Origin: an uncultured virus (IMG/VR IMGVR_UViG_3300011339_000326)
Taxonomy: Duplodnaviria; Heunggongvirae; Uroviricota; Caudoviricetes
Strand: one strand, 5' to 3'
DNA: 64,000 bases
Virus record (IMG/VR): IMGVR_UViG_3300011339_000326
Shown: positions 1 through 8,736 of the stretch, piece after piece
Layout: each line of letters starts with the position of its first letter
Numbering within the stretch: the stretch's first letter is position 1
Notes under the pieces: model-generated
Seen by the model: the letters and a program-made list of their open reading frames with translations, nothing else
Told to the model about the DNA's origin: nothing
Databases searched by the model: none
Translations under genes and position numbers: made by a program

Positions 1-2
1 TG

Positions 3-281
3 CAGATTGCAACGGACGAACTGTCTACGATCGAAGGGATTAGGGACGCTATGGGAGCTAAAAAAACTGCACTGAGTGTTGTGGATGAGGGTAAATACTT
101 AGTCAAAACTAATGACAATGTTCAACTCTACGACGATACTACCCTCCCCATCGAATTCCGTGAAAAGCTGGGCTTGCTCAAGCTGGTAAACGAGCAACAG
201 TTCATCACGGATGTCGGGTGTAGGGTCAACAAGGAAATCTACGTACTGAAACTAGACGAACAAACAGAGGAACCAAAATGA
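3..281 (+). CDS. Hypothetical phage protein, 5'-truncated by the window edge
   Basis: Frame is open from position 3 (QIATDELSTIEG...) through the track ORF 51..281; stop overlaps the next ATG. Confidence 0.7.
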   Translation, partial: QIATDELSTIEGIRDAMGAKKTALSVVDEGKYLVKTNDNVQLYDDTTLPIEFREKLGLLKLVNEQQFITDVGCRVNKEIYVLKLDEQTEEPK

Positions 282-568
282 ACATGAAAAACCTAAACGT
301 ATTCCGTCGCCTTGACGAACTTGAGACCGATAACTTGTACTTGCGGACCATGTTGAAGAACGTACGCATGGAGGTCGAGGCACTGAGAGGCGCAGTGGGA
401 GACACCGTGGGAATTCTGGAGAACATGATACGGCCCAAGCCAAAAGCCAAACCCGGCCCGAAGCCAAAACCAAAGGTGGTTAAAGCAAGCGAGAAGCGGC
501 GTGAGTACGCACGTAAGTATTACGCCAAGAAGAAAGCAGAAAAGCTGGCAGCGATGGAGGCAGCATGA
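278..568 (+). CDS. Hypothetical basic protein (PKPK linker, RREYARKYY tail)
   Basis: ATGA-coupled ORF with GAGG SD. Confidence 0.7.
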   Translation: MNMKNLNVFRRLDELETDNLYLRTMLKNVRMEVEALRGAVGDTVGILENMIRPKPKAKPGPKPKPKVVKASEKRREYARKYYAKKKAEKLAAMEAA

Positions 569-765
569 ACCTAACGCAACAATTTAAACGGATGACCAGA
601 CGCCTGACCCCTGTGGAGATGGCCGCTGCTGAACTGGCCGAGGCTGAACTGCACCGCCTAGAAGCGCACAGTGCCGTGGAGTACGCATCAAGCGTGGTGT
701 CTTATGAGGACGCACGTATCAAACGACTGCGTAAATTTTTAGCAGATGCGGAGAAACAAGCATGA
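565..765 (+). CDS. Hypothetical helical protein
   Basis: ATGA coupling at both ends, GGAGG SD. Confidence 0.7.
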   Translation: MNLTQQFKRMTRRLTPVEMAAAELAEAELHRLEAHSAVEYASSVVSYEDARIKRLRKFLADAEKQA

Positions 766-1064
766 GCAAACACACACCGGGGCCGTGGAGGCTCAACGAG
801 AACAACAATTGGAAGACCAACCCGTTTTCCATAACCGTGCGTAAGCCCAGAGTCCACAGCACCACCATCGTCAACATCCCCACGCGCATGACCATACCAC
901 CGCAGGAACAGCAAGCCAACGCCCGACTAATCTCTGCTGCGCCTGACCTGTTGGAAGCACTACAAACCATGCCGCAAGGCTTGATGACCTCCGACGAGGA
1001 TTGGACGCGCTGGATTGAAACCGCACGGGCCGCAATTGACAAAGCAACTGGAGACACCGAATGA
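762..1064 (+). CDS. Small phage protein of the HTPGPW...ANARLIAAAPDLLEAL type
   Basis: Characteristic motifs; coupled ORF. Confidence 0.75.
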   Translation: MSKHTPGPWRLNENNNWKTNPFSITVRKPRVHSTTIVNIPTRMTIPPQEQQANARLISAAPDLLEALQTMPQGLMTSDEDWTRWIETARAAIDKATGDTE

Positions 1065-1357
1065 AATACACAGCATCACCTTGGTATAGCAGAGGCGCAT
1101 CAATACGCCCAGCCAAAGGCCCCGGCAGTTCAGGTGGGTACAAGCCCTTGGCATCAGCGCAGCACGACAAGCGCCTGCCAGATAACCGCATCGCAAACGC
1201 AAGGATGATCGCCGCTGCACCTGAACTATACGAAGCCCTTGCATGGCTGATGCGACAAGTACCTGAGCCAAGCCTTCAGGGTGAGTACACAACGGGCTAC
1301 CTTGCCTGCAAGGTTGCATTACACAAAGCTATAAACGGAGAAGGAGTAGGAGCATGA
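1061..1357 (+). CDS. Paralog of the preceding gene (YTASPW...ANARMIAAAPELYEAL)
   Basis: Shares motifs with 762..1064; ATGA coupling. Confidence 0.75.
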   Translation: MKYTASPWYSRGASIRPAKGPGSSGGYKPLASAQHDKRLPDNRIANARMIAAAPELYEALAWLMRQVPEPSLQGEYTTGYLACKVALHKAINGEGVGA

Positions 1358-1617
1358 GCATCCTAGAAGAGATCAAAGTCAACCGCACCCCCACACACAT
1401 GGTGCGCCCCGCAGCCCTTGAGTTGCAGAAGAAAACCAAGCAAACCCTTGGGGAATACGTAGAGAGGCAGAAGCTAGACGGTGAAGTTAAGGCAGCAGAA
1501 AACGATCTATGGCAGCGACCAGTGTACCGCTCGGGTGACGGCGACAGTATGCGGCAGGTTCCACGGGCAGGAAGTTTGGATGCGTTTGGCTTGCCAAGTA
1601 GGGGGAATCGGACATGA
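1354..1617 (+). CDS. Hypothetical protein (RAGSLDAFGLPSRG C-terminus)
   Basis: Coupled ORF with AGGAG SD. Confidence 0.7.
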   Translation: MSILEEIKVNRTPTHMVRPAALELQKKTKQTLGEYVERQKLDGEVKAAENDLWQRPVYRSGDGDSMRQVPRAGSLDAFGLPSRGNRT

Positions 1618-1706
1618 CATGGCCCTTCCCAACCCAACTGCCGCCGAACCGGCCTATCCCGCCGATGCCGTTTAACCCTGATAACTTTGAGGAGAGTCCG
1701 ATATGA
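1614..1706 (+). CDS. 30-aa Pro-rich micro-protein MTWPFPTQLPPNRPIPPMPFNPDNFEESPI
   Basis: Translated by hand; fills the gap exactly with ATGA overlaps at both ends. Confidence 0.65.
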   Translation: MTWPFPTQLPPNRPIPPMPFNPDNFEESPI

Positions 1707-1903
1707 GTAACACAGGAGGCCCAGCGTTTCCAAGAAACATCTCGTACCCACATGAAAGCGGCATGACCCTGCGCGACTACTTTGCGGCGAAGGCACTGCG
1801 AGGTTTTGTAAGAGACGAATACAACACGCCGACTTACGCTGCAGTAGCAACTGCTTGTTACCAAATGGCAGACGCCATGCTTGCCGCGAGGGAGCAGAAA
1901 TGA
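1703..1903 (+). CDS. Small phage protein of the GGPAFP...GMTLRDYFAAKA type
   Basis: Characteristic motifs, GAGGAG SD. Confidence 0.8.
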   Translation: MSNTGGPAFPRNISYPHESGMTLRDYFAAKALRGFVRDEYNTPTYAAVATACYQMADAMLAAREQK

Positions 1904-2157
1904 CAACACAACCAGAAGCCCTGCGTTTGGCTGATGAAATGGAATCCAACGGCGAATGTATGAGTGCCGCCGCCGAACTACGCCGGTTGCATGAGAGCAA
2001 CACTGAGTTGCTGGCGGCGTTGAAGGAAATTGATAGCTGGCTTGTGTGCGCCTGCATAGCGACGCCAGAGGATATGGCTCAGAGCTTTTCGCACATGGAG
2101 CAAGTGGCAAGTGCAGCAATCAACAAAGCAGAAGGAGAACACCATGAAAGACGATGA
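1900..2157 (+). CDS. Hypothetical protein (QPEALRLAD...AAAELRRLH)
   Basis: Start at the ATGA overlap at 1900. Confidence 0.7.
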   Translation: MTTQPEALRLADEMESNGECMSAAAELRRLHESNTELLAALKEIDSWLVCACIATPEDMAQSFSHMEQVASAAINKAEGEHHERR

Positions 2158-2263
2158 GATTGAAAACCTCTTCAAGTACGGCTGGATAGATGCCAGCATT
2201 GCCATTGCCATTGCGCTGCTTGCGTTAGTGGCGCTGTTCTTTTTTGCGGGGTATTTGACATGA
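2144..2263 (+). CDS. 39-aa single-pass membrane peptide
   Basis: MKDDEIENLFKYGWIDASIAIAIALLALVALFFFAGYLT; AAGGAG SD; ATGA overlap with the next gene. Confidence 0.65.
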   Translation: MKDDEIENLFKYGWIDASIAIAIALLALVALFFFAGYLT

Positions 2264-2448
2264 AACTACCTGAACCAAACCTAATCAACAAGTACCCGAC
2301 ACCGGGGCACTACACCGCCGAGCAGATGCTGGCGTGGGGCAAAGCAACCGCAGAGGCCGAGCGAGAGGCTTGCGCTGCAATGTTTGATGACCGCAACGTC
2401 TGGGACGAGGAAGTCGGTGAGCGCATCCGTGCAAGGGGAACGACATGA
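2260..2448 (+). CDS. Hypothetical protein (AEREACA...IRARG module)
   Basis: Coupled ORF. Confidence 0.7.
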   Translation: MKLPEPNLINKYPTPGHYTAEQMLAWGKATAEAEREACAAMFDDRNVWDEEVGERIRARGTT

Positions 2449-2690
2449 CAGGATTTGATTCAAAGCGCCAAGCAGCACAAGCCAAACTGACCGATGAGGC
2501 AGACACGCTGACGATTGTGTACCAGAGTGGTTTCTCAGATGGCAAGAGGTCAGAGCAGCGCAAGCCTCTGACGGAGGAGCGTGTGTACAAAATGTGGGAT
2601 GACAAGTACCGGTCGTGGATTGGCGGAGAGCAGTTTGAATCAATCGCCCGAGCCATTGAACGCGCCCACAACATCAAGGAGGGGACATGA
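2445..2690 (+). CDS. Hypothetical protein (RKPLT...ARAIERAH module)
   Basis: Coupled ORF. Confidence 0.7.
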   Translation: MTGFDSKRQAAQAKLTDEADTLTIVYQSGFSDGKRSEQRKPLTEERVYKMWDDKYRSWIGGEQFESIARAIERAHNIKEGT

Positions 2691-3058
2691 CTGACAGAGA
2701 AGTAATGCAGCAGGTGCTGGTGGCATGGGATGACCCAATGGGCATGAAAGACCTGTGTGTGGCGATGGACGCCCTACGCAACGTGCTGGAGCAGCAAGCC
2801 GAGCCGGTGGCGTGGATGTACACGCGACTCAAAGACGGCAGTTCTATTAAGTTGGTTGAAAAACGTGCAGAAATGCCTGAAGGGGGCTGGAGCTTATACA
2901 AAGAAGAGCCACTCTACACCACCCCACCCCAGCGCAAAGAGTTATCCGCAAGTGAAATCTTGGACATGATGCCAAGCACTATCCCTGCTGATTACGACGG
3001 CCCACTGATGGAGTTTGCCCGAGCAGTAGAAGCCAAACTAAAGGAGCGCAACACATGA
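2687..3058 (+). CDS. Modular EPVAW...LYTTP protein
   Basis: Coupled ORF; shares DNA blocks with 3055..3507. Confidence 0.75.
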   Translation: MTDREVMQQVLVAWDDPMGMKDLCVAMDALRNVLEQQAEPVAWMYTRLKDGSSIKLVEKRAEMPEGGWSLYKEEPLYTTPPQRKELSASEILDMMPSTIPADYDGPLMEFARAVEAKLKERNT

Positions 3059-3507
3059 CTGACAGAGAAGTAATGCAGCAGGCGCTGGAAGCGTTGGAAG
3101 AACTCGATGGATTGGACACCGAAACCGAGTGCGTGACGATTGACGTTGGCGATGTAATTGCCGCCCTGAAAACCGCGCTGGAGCAGCCGACCTGCATAGG
3201 AAAAGACCCGCGATGCCCATGTCAAGATGGCGATGCGTGTCACTACAAAGACTGCGGGGATACGCAGGCAAGGCCAAAGCCGCAAGCCGAGCCGGTGGCG
3301 TGGATGTCGCAAGCGGGAAATTTTCTATCCCTGCTTGAATTTACAAGGGCAGATGCAGAGCTTTACGGCTGGAAACCTGTCTACACCACCCCGCCCCAGC
3401 GCCAATGGGTAGGGCTGGAGATTGAAGAAGTGCAAGACTCATACAACAGTAACTATCAAGCGCAGACACGCGCCGTGGAAAAACTTTTGAAGGAGCGCAA
3501 CACATGA
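3055..3507 (+). CDS. Modular EPVAW...YTTP protein with a Cys-rich insert (CIGKDPRCPCQDGDACHYKDC)
   Basis: Coupled ORF; paralog of 2687..3058. Confidence 0.75.
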   Translation: MTDREVMQQALEALEELDGLDTETECVTIDVGDVIAALKTALEQPTCIGKDPRCPCQDGDACHYKDCGDTQARPKPQAEPVAWMSQAGNFLSLLEFTRADAELYGWKPVYTTPPQRQWVGLEIEEVQDSYNSNYQAQTRAVEKLLKERNT

Positions 3508-3674
3508 TTGAATACTTTCACCCAGACCACCCAAAGCTGTACCGCATTGGGGGTGAGTACGCACCGGGGCTGGCTAGGCTGTTCGGAGCGCATGAGTGCT
3601 ACGAGGGTGAGGCGCATGACATTGAGGACGGCGAGTGTACTAGGTGCAGTGTGCATGTAAAGGAGAACACATGA
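3504..3674 (+). CDS. 56-aa hypothetical protein (His/Cys-containing)
   Basis: Translated by hand (MIEYFHPDHPKLYRIGG...CTRCSVHVKENT); ATGA overlaps at both ends. Confidence 0.6.
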   Translation: MIEYFHPDHPKLYRIGGEYAPGLARLFGAHECYEGEAHDIEDGECTRCSVHVKENT

Positions 3675-3850
3675 CCCAAAAGAAACCGCAGCTACATGAA
3701 CGCCTTGGCATGTCCACGGAAGAAGCACTCAACCGTTTGATTTCGTTCGGGCAGCTTAACCACAAGTACAAGAAAGAACACGGCGAGAGCATCAACCCGC
3801 AGCACCTTGAGGCTGTGCTTAACGCCACACAACCAAAGGAGAAGACATGA
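3671..3850 (+). CDS. Hypothetical protein
   Basis: AAGGAG SD, coupled. Confidence 0.6.
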   Translation: MTQKKPQLHERLGMSTEEALNRLISFGQLNHKYKKEHGESINPQHLEAVLNATQPKEKT

Positions 3851-4029
3851 TTGAAGTACACAACATCAACGGCATGGACAGGACAAGAAATGTTTGGTAC
3901 ACAACCGATGACTACGGAACGCTGGTGCGGTTTGTTGAAACAGAAAGTGGCGTTAGGTTTTGGTGGGACGCCATCCATGAAACGGTGGTAATGAAAATTC
4001 TTGGGTACACACAATGGAGTAACACATGA
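3847..4029 (+). CDS. Hypothetical protein
   Basis: AAGGAG SD, coupled. Confidence 0.6.
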   Translation: MIEVHNINGMDRTRNVWYTTDDYGTLVRFVETESGVRFWWDAIHETVVMKILGYTQWSNT

Positions 4030-4271
4030 CACCCGAAGACGAAGAATTTGAACGCATCATGCACGAGCAGAAGTACAAGCTGGACAGCACCCGCGCAGCA
4101 GTGGTGGCACAAGACTACTACTGGATACCTATTGACGCAAGCACGCCAACCAGCGTAAAGATTCTGTTGCTCGGGCGCGGCGGCGTGGCGTCACTCGGGC
4201 AGTACGTACACCGACCCAATGAGACACAGTTCTGGGAATTTTGGGCACCGCTGCCGAGGAAGCGCCCATGA
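4026..4271 (+). CDS. Hypothetical protein (WIPI...P...W.PLP, DUF551-like module)
   Basis: Coupled ORF with motif pattern. Confidence 0.6.
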   Translation: MTPEDEEFERIMHEQKYKLDSTRAAVVAQDYYWIPIDASTPTSVKILLLGRGGVASLGQYVHRPNETQFWEFWAPLPRKRP

Positions 4272-4438
4272 GAGACAAACGCATCGCCAAACAGAAACGG
4301 GTAGGCGAGCCGCTGTCAGTGGTCTACTCAATCAAAGTAACGGAAAGCCAGCGCATTGCGCTTATGCGTTTAGGTCCGCAGTGGGTACGTGAGCAGATCG
4401 ACAACGCAACAAGGAAACCAAATGACAACAGGAATTGA
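4268..4438 (+). CDS. Small putative ribbon-helix-helix DNA-binding protein
   Basis: Basic arm, beta strand VVYSIKVT, then helices ...LGPQWVREQID. Confidence 0.5.
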   Translation: MRDKRIAKQKRVGEPLSVVYSIKVTESQRIALMRLGPQWVREQIDNATRKPNDNRN

Positions 4439-4628
4439 ATTCTTAAAGCTGCCCAAGAGGCGCATGGGGCGAGGCCCAAATAAGAAGCCCACACTGGTCA
4501 ACGTCAGCTTGCGCATTCCTCAGGAGGTGCTGGACTACTTCACGACGCAGTACCCGTACACCAAGCAAGCCAAGATACGCGAAGCCCTTATTGAGTTCGT
4601 CAAGAAGCAGAAAGGTAAAGATAAATGA
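4422..4628 (+). CDS. BrnA-antitoxin-like ribbon-helix-helix protein
   Basis: GRGP...VSLRIPQEVLDYF...QAKIREAL pattern. Confidence 0.65.
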   Translation: MTTGIEFLKLPKRRMGRGPNKKPTLVNVSLRIPQEVLDYFTTQYPYTKQAKIREALIEFVKKQKGKDK

Positions 4629-4840
4629 GCGACCCAGTGAATCATCCTGACCACTACAAGGTGGGGGGCATTGAGACCATTGACTTCATCGAGGCCAAGC
4701 AACTGACGTACAACATAGGCAACGTGGTCAAGTACATCACCCGTGCCGACCACAAAGGCAATCAGTTGCAGGACTTACAGAAGGCGCAGTGGTATCTGAC
4801 CCGAGAGATACAGCGCATACAGAAGAACACAGCAGCCTAA
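4625..4840 (+). CDS. DUF3310-family protein (T7 gp1.7-like, putative nucleotide kinase)
   Basis: DPVNHPDHY..GGIETIDFI...GNVVKY..R..HKG...DL.KA.WYL. Confidence 0.85.
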   Translation: MSDPVNHPDHYKVGGIETIDFIEAKQLTYNIGNVVKYITRADHKGNQLQDLQKAQWYLTREIQRIQKNTAA

Positions 4841-4849
4841 CAATGTTAG
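4837..4849. repeat. CTAACAnTGTTAG palindrome copy (contains the stop codon of the DUF3310 gene)
   Basis: cCTAACAATGTTAGg. Confidence 0.9.
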
Positions 4850-4859
4850 GGTAAACACC

Positions 4860-4882
4860 AACCGCCTTCGGGCGGTTTTTTT
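4860..4882 (+). terminator. Rho-independent terminator
   Basis: AACCGCC-TTCG-GGCGGTT followed by a T run. Confidence 0.9.
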
Positions 4883-4892
4883 ACGTCTGTAC

Positions 4893-4921
4893 TTGTACAA
4901 AGTCAAATGCCATGCTATAGT
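4893..4921 (+). promoter_or_regulatory. Sigma70-type promoter for the replication operon
   Basis: TTGTAC-17 bp-TATAGT with extended TGn. Confidence 0.7.
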
Positions 4922-4947
4922 CATCCCATAAACAACTGGAGTGTTAG

Positions 4948-5244
4948 ATGGCAACAACCCCCGAGGCCAAGGTCAAGGCAAAGATCAAGGACATCCTCAA
5001 AGCCCATAACGTCTATTACGCTATGCCAATAGGCACTGGCTACGGTAACTCAGGCGTCCCCGACTTCCTCTGCTGCGTCAACGGTCACTTCCTTGGTATC
5101 GAAGCCAAGGCAGGCAAAGGCACGACGACTGCACTGCAGGAAAAGAACATCCGACAGATCAAGGATGCGGGTGGTACAGCAGCGGTAATCAACGAGGGCA
5201 CCCTCGACTACCTAGAACAACTAATCCAACTGATGAGGACATAA
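4948..5244 (+). CDS. VRR-NUC domain nuclease (resolvase-like)
   Basis: TPE.KVK...GVPD...GIEAK...LQ motifs. Confidence 0.85.
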   Translation: MATTPEAKVKAKIKDILKAHNVYYAMPIGTGYGNSGVPDFLCCVNGHFLGIEAKAGKGTTTALQEKNIRQIKDAGGTAAVINEGTLDYLEQLIQLMRT

Positions 5245-5246
5245 AA

Positions 5247-5621
5247 ATGGCAGAGATATCCAATGGTGTAAAGATTCTCCTAGGGCGCATGGCGTCTCAC
5301 CCCGAAGACTTTTACGGTGACGCTTTGCAGTGGAGGTTCATGTTTTCTGAGAAGTTTCGTGATGTGCTCACCGAGCCAGAAAAGGGGATGATCCACGAAG
5401 CCCTGAAGGGGTTACGACGGGGTGAGTTCGATTCGCTAGTTTTACAAGCCATCCTGCGAGACGAAGAAGAGAAGAAAGAGGCAGAGGAGAAGGCGGCTGA
5501 AGCTATGAGAGCGAGGGAAAAGGCACTAGCCAAGCAGACTAAACAAAACTACCAAGCGATGAACCAGCAAGCAGGTATAAGTAACTCCTACATAAACCCA
5601 CTTCAGAACGCCTTCAAATGA
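5247..5621 (+). CDS. Hypothetical protein
   Basis: ORF coupled to the polymerase gene. Confidence 0.7.
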   Translation: MAEISNGVKILLGRMASHPEDFYGDALQWRFMFSEKFRDVLTEPEKGMIHEALKGLRRGEFDSLVLQAILRDEEEKKEAEEKAAEAMRAREKALAKQTKQNYQAMNQQAGISNSYINPLQNAFK

Positions 5622-7444
5622 AAATTCTCACCATAGACTTTGAGACTTTTTATTCTCAGGAGTTCAGCCTTACTAAGATGACCAATGAGGAGTACGTGCG
5701 CTCTCCCGAGTTCGAGGTCATTGGTGTGTCGGTGCAGATAGACGACGGTAAGCCCAAGTGGTTCACCGGGGACATGATAGAGACCGCTGTGTTTTTGATG
5801 CAGTTCGATTGGGAGAATAGCTTAGCCCTAGCTCACAATGCTGCGTTTGATGCGTCTATCCTTACGTGGGTATTCGGTATCAAGCCTAAGGGCTGGCTGG
5901 ACACGTTGTCGATGGGGCGTGCACTGCACGGTACTGAGGTCGGTGGTAGCTTGGCTGTACTTGCAAAACACTATGGGGTGGGCACTAAGGGCGCTGAAGT
6001 AGTCATGGCGAAGGGGCTGCGCCGTACGGACTTCCCCGAAAAGCAGCTAGCAGAGTACGGCGAGTACTGCTGTAACGACACGGCTATGACCTATGCCCTG
6101 TTCCAGAAGATGAGCGTTGAGTTTCCGCCGAGCGAGTTGCGGCTCATTGATCTGACCATACGCATGTTCTCCGACCCGGTGCTGCAGTTGGACGAAGGAG
6201 TTCTGACCGTGCACTTGGGTGAGGTTAGGCGCAAGAAGCAGGATTTGCTTAACAGGATGCTGATCGACAAGGATCAGTTGATGAGTAACCAGCAGCTTGC
6301 GAAGGTACTTGAGGGGTTTGGTGTAGTTGTGCCTATGAAGGTCAGCCCAGCCAACGGCAAACAGACGTACGCATTCTCTAAGACCGACGAGGAGTTTAAG
6401 GCGTTGCTTGAGCATGACAACGTGATCGTGCAGGCCATCGTCGCTGCGCGGCTTGGGGTCAAGTCAACCATTGAGGAGACACGAACTGAGAGGTTCCTCG
6501 GGATTGCCCGTCGCGGTTCTATGCCAGTTCCGCTCCGCTACTACGCCGCCCACACAGGACGGTGGGGTGGTGACGACAAGTTGAACCTGCAGAACCTACC
6601 CCGCAAGTCTCCACTGAAGTATTCCATCATTCCCCCCGATGGGTACGTGATATTGGACTCGGACTCCTCGCAAATCGAAGCTCGTACTTTAGCTTGGCTA
6701 GCTGGACAGAATGACTTGGTGGAAGCATTCGACAAGGGCGAGGATGTGTACAGAATCATGGCCTCTGCTATCTACGGCAAGCCAGCGGACGAGATTACCA
6801 AAGACGAAAGATTTGTTGGCAAGACGACAATTTTGGGTGCAGGGTACGGCATGGGCGCAGCGAAGTTCCAGTTGCAGCTAAAGAACTTTGGCGTTGTGAT
6901 TACGTTGGAAGAGGCCAAGCGGATCATTGATACGTACCGGGCTACCTACCCTAACATTGTTAGGCTGTGGGCAGAAGCTGGCGACATGCTCAAGGCCATG
7001 CTGCGGAATGCACAGACAACTCTGGGCCGCGACGAGATACTGGAGGTCGATGGGGCCAACGGTATCAAGCTACCCAACGGGCTGTATCTCAAATACCCTA
7101 ACCTGCGCATACGAGAGGATGAGAAGACTGGCAAGGTCGAGGTTGTGTACGACACCAAGAAGGGCAAAACGACTATCCCTAACCGCATATACGGTGGCAA
7201 GGTGATTGAGAACGTATGTCAGGCACTTGCTCGCATCATCATAGGTGAGCAGATGCTCAGAGTTGCAAAGAAGTACCGTGTGGTCATGACGGTGCACGAT
7301 GCGATTGCAGTCATTGCACCCAAAGCCGAGGCCGAGATAGCCAAGGAATATGTCGAACTGTGCATGCGGCTCCGACCCTCATGGGCAATGGAGCTACCCC
7401 TCAACTGTGAATCAGGATATGGAGATAGTTATGGAGACTGTTAA
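5618..7444 (+). CDS. polA: Family A DNA polymerase with 3'-5' exonuclease
   Basis: Exo motifs DFET, HNAAFD, YCCND; polymerase motifs TGRW, NLQNLP, DSSQIEAR, GKTTILGAGYG, VHD. Confidence 0.95.
   Translation: MKILTIDFETFYSQEFSLTKMTNEEYVRSPEFEVIGVSVQIDDGKPKWFTGDMIETAVFLMQFDWENSLALAHNAAFDASILTWVFGIKPKGWLDTLSMGRALHGTEVGGSLAVLAKHYGVGTKGAEVVMAKGLRRTDFPEKQLAEYGEYCCNDTAMTYALFQKMSVEFPPSELRLIDLTIRMFSDPVLQLDEGVLTVHLGEVRRKKQDLLNRMLIDKDQLMSNQQLAKVLEGFGVVVPMKVSPANGKQTYAFSKTDEEFKALLEHDNVIVQAIVAARLGVKSTIEETRTERFLGIARRGSMPVPLRYYAAHTGRWGGDDKLNLQNLPRKSPLKYSIIPPDGYVILDSDSSQIEARTLAWLAGQNDLVEAFDKGEDVYRIMASAIYGKPADEITKDERFVGKTTILGAGYGMGAAKFQLQLKNFGVVITLEEAKRIIDTYRATYPNIVRLWAEAGDMLKAMLRNAQTTLGRDEILEVDGANGIKLPNGLYLKYPNLRIREDEKTGKVEVVYDTKKGKTTIPNRIYGGKVIENVCQALARIIIGEQMLRVAKKYRVVMTVHDAIAVIAPKAEAEIAKEYVELCMRLRPSWAMELPLNCESGYGDSYGDC
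6951..6963. repeat. CTAACAnTGTTAG palindrome copy inside polA
   Basis: cCTAACATTGTTAGg, read as P-N-I-V-R. Confidence 0.9.
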
Positions 7445-8063
7445 GGCTATTGAAACTTTTTACAAGGGGTACCACTTCCGGTCAAGACTGGAAGCTAGGT
7501 GGGCTGTGTTCTTTGACACTCTTGGCATACCTTGGAGGTACGAAGACGAAGGGTTTGAGACAGAAGTTCACGGCGAAACAGTGAGATACCTACCCGATTT
7601 CTTCCTACCTTATCGTTGGGGTGGCGGCGGTTTTTACGTAGAAGTCAAAGGCGATACAAACGCGCTCAAGAAAGACTGGGAGAAACACGCCGAGATGCAC
7701 GATTTCGGAGGAATACTGCCCAACTTTATGGACTCGTACGGGGAAGACAAGGGGTTGATACTGCTTTCTGAAATACCCGAACCATCAAACAGCAAGGCAT
7801 ATTTCCACCCCATTCTCCAGCATCACAAAGGGCTTGTAAAAAGCTATGGCTCCTTTACGCCTCACGGTTTTGCGGTTGTTTGGCAATCTGAGTTAGCCTC
7901 ACTTCTAGCCATAGACCCGATTCATGGTTTAGATTTAAGCGGCGAAGACTGGGACATAGATACACATCAAGTGCACACTCATAGACATCACCCAACTGTA
8001 GTGAACGCATACGCCGCTGCACGGTCTGCTAGGTTCGAGCATGGGCAGAGAGGGGCTGCATGA
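7431..8063 (+). CDS. Putative PD-(D/E)XK endonuclease
   Basis: FRSRLEARWAVFFD...YLPDF...VEVKG. Confidence 0.75.
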   Translation: METVKAIETFYKGYHFRSRLEARWAVFFDTLGIPWRYEDEGFETEVHGETVRYLPDFFLPYRWGGGGFYVEVKGDTNALKKDWEKHAEMHDFGGILPNFMDSYGEDKGLILLSEIPEPSNSKAYFHPILQHHKGLVKSYGSFTPHGFAVVWQSELASLLAIDPIHGLDLSGEDWDIDTHQVHTHRHHPTVVNAYAAARSARFEHGQRGAA

Positions 8064-8734
8064 GTACTAAACCCATCGTCTGGTCGTTCAGTTCACTGAA
8101 GACCTTTCAGCAATGCCCACGCAAGTATTACCATGCCAAGATTGCCCCGGACGCTATACGTGAACCAGATACAACGGCTACGCTATACGGCAAGGCTGCA
8201 CACACTGTGGCCGAGGACTACATCAGCAAGGGCACACCAATCCCCCCGCAGTTTGAGTACATGCAGGATGTGCTGGACACGCTCAACGCAATCCCCGGAG
8301 AGAAGCTATGCGAAGTGAGGCTTGGGTTAACAAGAAACTTGGAGAGTTGCGATTTCGATGCACCGAATGTCTGGTGGCATGGAATAGCCGATCTGGTGAT
8401 TATCAATCGGACGACAGGAGTGGCCCACTCAGTGGACTACAAGACAAGCAAGAATGCGAGATATGCGGACAAAAAGCAACTGGACCTTGTAGCCTGTGGC
8501 CTGTTTGCGAAGTACCCGGAGATCAAGAGGGTTAAGTCCGCTCTCCTTTTCATAGTGAGTAAGGAGTTCGTCAAAGCCGAGCAGTTTGCCGAGTTCAAGG
8601 ACACCTACATGGACAAGTCCGCAGCAGACGTTGCGCGTATCGAAGCAGCAATAAAGAGTGGAGTGTGGAACCCCGTTAGTGGACCGCTATGTAAATTTTG
8701 TGCAGTCAAGGACTGCGAGTACAACAGGAGCTAA
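8060..8734 (+). CDS. Cas4/RecB-like PD-(D/E)XK exonuclease
   Basis: WSFSSL...CPR, G..AH, D, DYKT, QL, C-terminal CKFC...C. Confidence 0.85.
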   Translation: MSTKPIVWSFSSLKTFQQCPRKYYHAKIAPDAIREPDTTATLYGKAAHTVAEDYISKGTPIPPQFEYMQDVLDTLNAIPGEKLCEVRLGLTRNLESCDFDAPNVWWHGIADLVIINRTTGVAHSVDYKTSKNARYADKKQLDLVACGLFAKYPEIKRVKSALLFIVSKEFVKAEQFAEFKDTYMDKSAADVARIEAAIKSGVWNPVSGPLCKFCAVKDCEYNRS

Positions 8735-8736
8735 AG

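Noticed and set aside
4268..4628. BrnT/BrnA toxin-antitoxin pair
   Set aside because: Only antitoxin-like RHH proteins are present; no recognisable toxin is adjacent.
8060..8734. Cas4-like gene as a CRISPR component
   Set aside because: Solo Cas4/RecB-like exonucleases are common in phage replication modules; no array is present.
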